Source: Eledone cirrhosa
Lineage: Eukaryota
NCBI GenBank assembly: GCA_964016885.1
Contig: OZ024740.1
Span: forward strand, 384,276,001 to 384,340,000
Direction of reading: 5' to 3'
Length of the DNA: 64,000 bases
A program made the translations under genes and the position numbers. Under the pieces are notes generated by a model. It was not told the DNA's origin. It made no database searches and was given only the letters and a program-made list of their open reading frames with translations. Below, piece after piece: positions 57,202 to 64,000 of this stretch. Positions within the stretch are counted from its first letter, which is position 1. Each line of letters starts with the position of its first letter.

Positions 57202-59310
57202 ATGTCGGAGATGCGACAACTTAGGAAGAATACGGCTACAGTATGGTTGGACTACAGGAAAGCTTTCGATTCTGTTCCCCACTCTTGGGTGATAGAGGCC
57301 CTCCGACTTGCTATAGTCCCAGACATTATTATCAGAGCCATAGAGAATCTCTCTTCTTCTTGGGCTACTATCCTAAAGTCAAAGACAGGGAAGGAGGACT
57401 CTATTTTCACTGATAGAATAAAATATCACAGGGGCATATTTCAGGGAGACAGTCTCTCTGTGATATTAGTCATCCTGTCATTAAACCCCTTGTCCTTTCT
57501 GCTCAAGAAATGTGAAGGATACACCATTGGCTCACAGAAGGATAGAAATACGAAACTAACCCATAATTTATTTGTGGATGATCTGAAACTCTATGCCAAG
57601 AACATGGATAGGATGAAGAAAAATCTTGACCTGCTAACAACATTCTCAAAGGATATAGGAATGGAGTTTAGCCAAGATAAATGCTCATATATGACTGTAA
57701 AGAGTGGAAAAACAACAACCCAATCTAGCAACATTTGTATGAATGGCCTAACTGTTTCACCAATATCTGATGAGGACTGCGACAGATACCTGGGGATAGA
57801 TGAGAACATATCCTATAATGGTATCTGTAATAAGGAACGCGCAAACAGGGAATACTACACCCGATTAAGAAAGATATGGTCATCGGAACTCTCTGCGCAA
57901 AAAAAACACTGGCTGACAATGTGTTTGCTGGGCCTGTCCTAACACCAACTTTTGGAATACTCAATTGATATTAGAACTCGAAAAATACTAAACAACACCG
58001 GAAACCTCCACATTAACAGTGACATAGACCGCCTTTACTTAAAATGTAAGCAGGTAGGCAGAGGCCTAACATCAGTCCAGACCGCATTTGAATGTCGCAT
58101 CATATCCCTCCGACAACATCTACGAACCTCAAACCATAGGCGCCCGTCTTTCGAGCAAGTCTATCTGCATGAAAGATCATGAGAGTTGGGAAGGAGCTCC
58201 TCGAGAGATATTCCCTGTGTGATAATCAAAAACTCACACCCAGGGAAGTCGCGCAGCAGTATCGCAGTGAATCTATGGATGAAAAACTGCATGCTTATCA
58301 GCAAAAAATCATGCATAGATATGTTGCCAGGAAGCTCCAGAGTGAGAGTAATATAGGTAAAGGAAGTAGTCTATCTTGGACGAAAAACCACTATATTGGC
58401 TCCTACTTTGAAGGATACGTTTTGCAATCCAAGAACAGGAAATCAACACGAAATACCTGATTCACAAAAGAGATAGGGATGCAGACAAAACGCCCTAAAT
58501 GTGAAAACAAGTGCAGACTCTGCAGAATTAACATCGAAGATGTCACCCATATCATAATCAGCTGTCCAAAGATGTCATCGCGGTACTATTTACCTATGAG
58601 GCATGATGTAGTGGCCAAAACACTGTACAATGCAATCCGTAGAAAAGATAGCCCCGATAATAAAGTCATGAAAAGCTATAGCAATTTGGAAGACATACAT
58701 CTACATAATATGAAAGAGTACTGGTGGAATCTTCCAGTAAAAACCCCAATAAAATGCAGGCATAACAGACCAGATATTATGATATGGGACAGGGAAAAGA
58801 AGGCATGCACAGTAGTGGAAGCTAGCTGCCCAGCTGATGCCAATATAATATCAAAGATTAGCGAAAAGGAGAATATTTATGCAGAACTGATGAGAAATCT
58901 GCAGATACTCCACCCTGATTATACCTTCAGATTTATGCCTGTGATTATTGGGGCACTGGGATATGTTAGGAACTGCTTCAATACAAATCTTGAGAAGCTG
59001 GTCTTCACAGAAATAGAAAGAAGACAACTAGTTAGGAAATTACAAGTACAATCCATTAATGGAACAGTAAAAATACGTAAAATATTCCAAAAAATTGCAT
59101 CTAGTAACTGCATATACACATGCGTACAGACAACTCAAAAATTACACATCCACACATACAATAATATCCATATCTACACATGCAGACATGCAGACATGCA
59201 GACATATCTACCTAATTGATGATGTGTCAATTCCAATGAGAGAGTCGTGTGTCTATGTTAGAAACCGATTCCTCTCTATTGGCAAAAATGTGTGTAATTA
59301 TAAACCCAAA
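57202..59310 (+). mobile_element. 5'-truncated R4/Dong-type RLE non-LTR retrotransposon in an (ATAC)n tract
   Basis: WLDYRKAFDSVPH, RGIFQGDSLS, LFVDDLKL, RYLG, DIDRLYL..GRGL, CRLC..EDVTHIIISC, RHD, HNRPDIMIWD and PVIIGALG. Frameshifted. Confidence 0.9.
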
Positions 59311-59326
59311 ATACATACATACATAC

Positions 59327-61449
59327 ATGGTGGCTGCCAACTCGTTTTCGAGTACGGCCACTACTTTATATCCATGTAAGAGAACCCCTACCAATGCGCT
59401 GAACGAGTGTAACTTTTTAGTCCAGCCAGCTACTTGAAAACTCTGGTACAAACACTACACTTGTGACAATTATTGACACATAGTGCTGGGCCCATGGTAC
59501 CCTGTGACGACAAGTGCAGAGAGATCTCCAGACATAAGCAATGCCTGTGCCGTGAAGCTTTTATAGTGAGCAAAGGCACTGCGCAAAGCCAGTCCCACTC
59601 TCTTAACCAAGATGATATTTACCAAAAAGAAGAACAAGTCAACATCATTGGATACCATCAGGGTTGCAGGTGTTATATCAGAGTTTTCCTTCTCCTAGAA
59701 TTCTGCCTTGACAAATGCTAAGGGGTCATCTCTCCCAGTGATTTTGGATGGCCATTGACTCTTATATATACATACATATATACATACACACATATACATA
59801 CATATACATACATATATACATATACATACATACATATACATATATATATATATACATGGTGGCCGCCAACTCGTTTTCGAGTACGGCCACTACTTTATAT
59901 CCATGTAGGAGAACCCCTACCGATGCGCTGAACGAGTCTGACTTTTTAGTCCAGCCAGCGACTTGAAAACGCTGGTACAAACACTGCACTTGTGACAATT
60001 ATAGACACATATTGTTGGGCCCATGGTACCACGTGACAACAAGTGCAGAGAGATCTCCAGATATAAAGCAATGCCTGTGCCGTGAAGCTTTTACAGTGAG
60101 CAAAGGCACTGCACAAAGCCAGTCCCACTCTCTTAACCAAGATGATATTTACCAAAAAGAAGAACAAGTCAACATCATTGGATATCATCAGGGTTGCAGG
60201 TGTTATATCAGAGTTTTCCTTCTCCTAGAATTCTGCCTTGACAAAGGCTAAAGGGTCATCTCTCCCGGTGATTTTTGGATGGCCATTGACACTTAAGAGC
60301 TCCTTTGCCGTTTGCCAGGTTTTATTTTTAGTCATGCAGGATGTCCAAATTCACCCTCCTCACCAAGAAACCTTGGTGGGGTTGCCAGTTTAGTCGCCAA
60401 CTACCCGACCATGAGACAGGTTGTACTGGGATACATGTTACCAGTAGCACCAACTGGTGACCTGACATACATACATACATACATACATACATACATACAT
60501 ACATACATACATACATACATACATACATACATACATACATGGTGGATGCCAACTCGTTTTCGAGTACGGCCACTACTTTATATCCATGTAGGAGAACCCC
60601 TACCGATCCGCTAAACAAGTGTGACTTTTTAGTCCAGCCTGCGACTTGAAAACTCTGGTACAAACACTACACCTGTGACAATTATTGACACCTAATGCTG
60701 GGCCCATGGCGCCATGTGACGACAAGTGCAGAGATATCTCCAGATATAAAGCAATGCCTGTGCCGTGAAGCTTTTATAGTGAGCAAAGGCACTGCACAAA
60801 TCCAGTCCCACTCTCTTAACCAAGATGATATTTACCAAAAAGAAGAACAAGTCAACAACATTGGATACCATCAGGGTTGCAGGTGTTATATCAGAGTTTT
60901 CCTTCTCCTAGAATTCTGCCTTGACAAAGGCTAAGGGGTCATCTCTCCCGGATATATATATACATACATACACATATATATATATATATACATGGTGGCT
61001 GCCAACTCGTTTTCGAGTACGGCCACTACTTTATATCCATGTAGGAGAACCCTCACCGATGCGCTGAACGAGTCTGACTTTTTAATCCAGCCAGCGACTT
61101 GAAAACTCTGGTACAAACACTACACTTGTGACAATTATTGACACATAGTGCTGGGCCCATGGTACCCTGTGACGACAAGTGCAGAGAGATCTCCAGATAT
61201 AAAGCCATGCCTGTGCCGTGAAGCTTTTACAGTGAGAAAAGGCACTGCACAAAGCCAGTCCCACTCTCTTAACCAAGATGATATTTACCAAAAAGAAGAA
61301 CAAGTCAACATCATTGGATACCATCAGGGTTGCAGGTGTTATATCAGAGATTTCCTTCTCCTAGAATTCTGCCTTGACAAAGGCTAAGAGGTCATCTCTC
61401 TCGGTGATTTTGGATGGCCATTGACTCTTAAGAGCTCCTTTGCCATTTG
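59327..61449 (-). mobile_element. Four head-to-tail copies of a short internally deleted RTE-derived element (59327-59764, 59856-60466, 60539-60951, 60992-61449)
   Basis: The minus strand has the RTE-like 5' UTR motif CTAGGAGAAGGAAAACTCTGA fused to a C2H2-like ORF end (CSVCTRVFKSLAGLKS..RSAH) and a (TATG)n tail. The four copies share a 3' end and differ in their 5' ends. Confidence 0.75.
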
Positions 61450-62449
61450 ACCTTTTTTACATACATACATACATACAGGTTTCCAGGAAAGAACAAAGCA
61501 ACCTAAATCGCACCTTCCAAATGTGATTTTTAGTTTATGGAAGATTCGTAAATCATTTAAATGATTCTCTGTTTCATCTTTTTTTTTTTATTCTGCAATA
61601 CACTCAGGCATATGTTTGCATATTCACACACACATACATAATGAGTACTTATACATATTAGTGTATCGAGTAGACATGTACATTAATCATATTATACCCA
61701 TTCAACTATACCTGCCCATACAGCTACATATATCCACTCATTAACTCACGTATTCACAAATTCCTGGAACTCTATGCACTAAAATAAGCTGGCTTGTAAA
61801 CAAATCTAAAAACACATGCATGCACACATACATCCATCCATCCATACATACATAATACATACATACATATATATATTTATATACATACATACATACATAA
61901 AAACATACATACATACATGCATACATATATACTCACATAGAAACGTACATACATACATATATATATTTATATGCATACATACATAAAAACATACATACAT
62001 GCATACATATATACTCACATAGAAACGTACATACATACTTACATACATACATATATACATACATAATACATACATACATACATACGTGTACTTCTAGGTT
62101 GCCTATATCCTAATCAATGAACCTTGTTTCTTGATTTAAAACCGGTTCTTTTTCTACTGGCGAAAAATGTTCAACATAAAGTTAGAACGTTCATATACTT
62201 ATTATACATTACATGAATTTATAGATAGATTTTCTGAGGAAAAACTGGTAGTGACTTCCAAGTTTTAACAATTATGCCACATCAGAATGAAGAGCAACCA
62301 TCGTTGAAACTTCGAAGTCATTTCTAAGATTTTCTTAATAAACTCTATCTATCATGCCCACACGTGTCGCGTGTTCAAACTGTTAACGCCTGTTTCAATA
62401 TTCACGAAAACTGTAAAACCTTCCAGTAGATAGATACATAAAAGATAGA

Positions 62450-64000
62450 TATCTTTCTTTATTTGCCACAGGGCCGTACAAAAATGGAACATTACAAGAC
62501 GTGACGACGGGGGTTTTAGATACAAATCATATATCTTTAACAGTAATAAATAACGATAAACTATATATAATAAAATAACAATTGAAATCCCCAATAGGGG
62601 GGGGGGACGTTACTGCAGGGTTGTTTTACACCCCGTGGATAGAACAACCCTCAACACCAGGAACACAGTTTGTAGGTGTTCCTGTCTTCCCTCTGTTCAT
62701 CTTCCTCAACCTAGAGGTATATATACAGAGAAGGCCCATTCACTCGGGCCATTTTCGACACATTCAGCCACCTTTCAGCGAATTTACTGGGATGTAGCAC
62801 CTCTCACCACTCTCACCTTCCTTCTGAAGTGGTACTTAAAGAAGGGGATAAGTTGTTGTCCGGAGAGAAAGGTGTTTGCCCTCAGTCCTTTTAACCTCAT
62901 CCACCATATTACCTCTTTCGCCATAGCCACCAGACAGAGGAAAAGCGCCTCTCCTACATTCTTAAATGAAGACGCCGGGTTGATCCTCACGATGGACTCG
63001 GCTGACAACTGCATGCGTCCCACACGTGACAGTAGCTGTTCGACATAATTCCACAGGTCGGTCAGCCCTGGGCACTGAACAATTGCGTACAAAACGGTTT
63101 CGATCTCCTGCTCGCATCTTGGACAGGTCCTTTTGGCAGGATATCTGCCAGGGCGTACGTGCCTGTAGAATTCGTCTCGAACTGGTAGAGCTCCTCGGTA
63201 GCACAGCCAGGCCAGAGACCTCTGGAAGTTATCCATAGGCCCAGGGCGGAAAGTCCTCCCGAACAGACTGCTCAGTTCGTCCTCTTCGATGCCTAGAGTT
63301 TCCCCGAAAACGTCGTCGCACTTATCCTTCACTAATCCCCTATAGAATGTCGAAGTGGAGCCTCCGCTGATTGCCGCTTCCGCTTGAACGCCTGAAAGCA
63401 CTCGAGGTGCCAGACACCCATTTTCGGTCTTCGATTGACCCAGGACTGCAGCTCTGCTAGTGAGGCGAGTTGTAGAAGAGCTTGTCTCACAAACCACAGC
63501 CACACCGGTTCACCGGTCAGGAATACTTGGAGATGACGTAACCTCAGCGCGTGTTTGCGCATCATCAGCCACGGCATGTCCAGCCCTGCGTTAGAAGGGT
63601 GTTTAAGCAGATGCATCTCCTCAGCAATGGAGCCTGTTTCTTCCAGAGGTACTTGAAGAGTAGATGTTCCATTTTGGTGAGTTATTAGCGGGGACAAGGC
63701 AGGACTGTCAAGCGGTAGTAGATGACGGACGCTATGTAAGTGTTCTCCACCTCCGATCGACTTTTCAAGGAGAGTTTTCACTCAGCCCACTTCTGGGTGA
63801 GTGCAAACACCTTCGCCGTGACCTCGTTCCAGTTGTTGTCTATCTGGAGGTCTGGACTAAACTAGACCCCCAGCGATTTCACCGGTTTTTCCGTCCAGCG
63901 ACCAACGACACTGTCGGAAGGCATGGGTTTGCCTCTCCATGTGCCGAGTTGCAAACCGACAGACTTGTTTGAGTTTAGTCTTGCTCCTGTCAACGTTTCG
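62450..64000 (-). mobile_element. Tx1/L1-clade LINE, 3' part; runs off the window end
   Basis: ORFs 62784-63503 and 63332-63781 are homologous to 5664-6782 (MDNFQRSLAW, GALPVRD, CPRC..ETVL, ARVNGP). AATAAAGAAAG marks the 3' end. Confidence 0.9.

Overview
AT-rich, microsatellite-rich eukaryotic DNA, probably an invertebrate and possibly a cephalopod (inferred only from the SINE/LINE repertoire). I see no intact host gene. Nearly all recognisable sequence is retroelement-derived: Tx1/L1-clade LINEs, R4/Dong-type restriction-like-endonuclease LINEs, RTE LINEs and short internally deleted RTE derivatives, Penelope-like elements (PLEs, Naiad-type), a tRNA-derived SINE family and a Tigger/pogo remnant. 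The standout is 36848-42834, about 19 near-identical 310-bp units. Each unit carries a minimal type I hammerhead ribozyme (CUGAUGA...GAAAC-GC-GUA) within a highly self-complementary monomer, as in a non-LTR retrozyme. The array is a giant head-to-head inversion (about 6.6 units on -, about 12.7 on +) inside a (TA)n tract with an apparent target-site duplication. It lies about 1 kb from a near-complete PLE with the same 5'-inverted architecture, a plausible autonomous partner. Family assignments come from motif recognition by eye. No database search or folding program was run.
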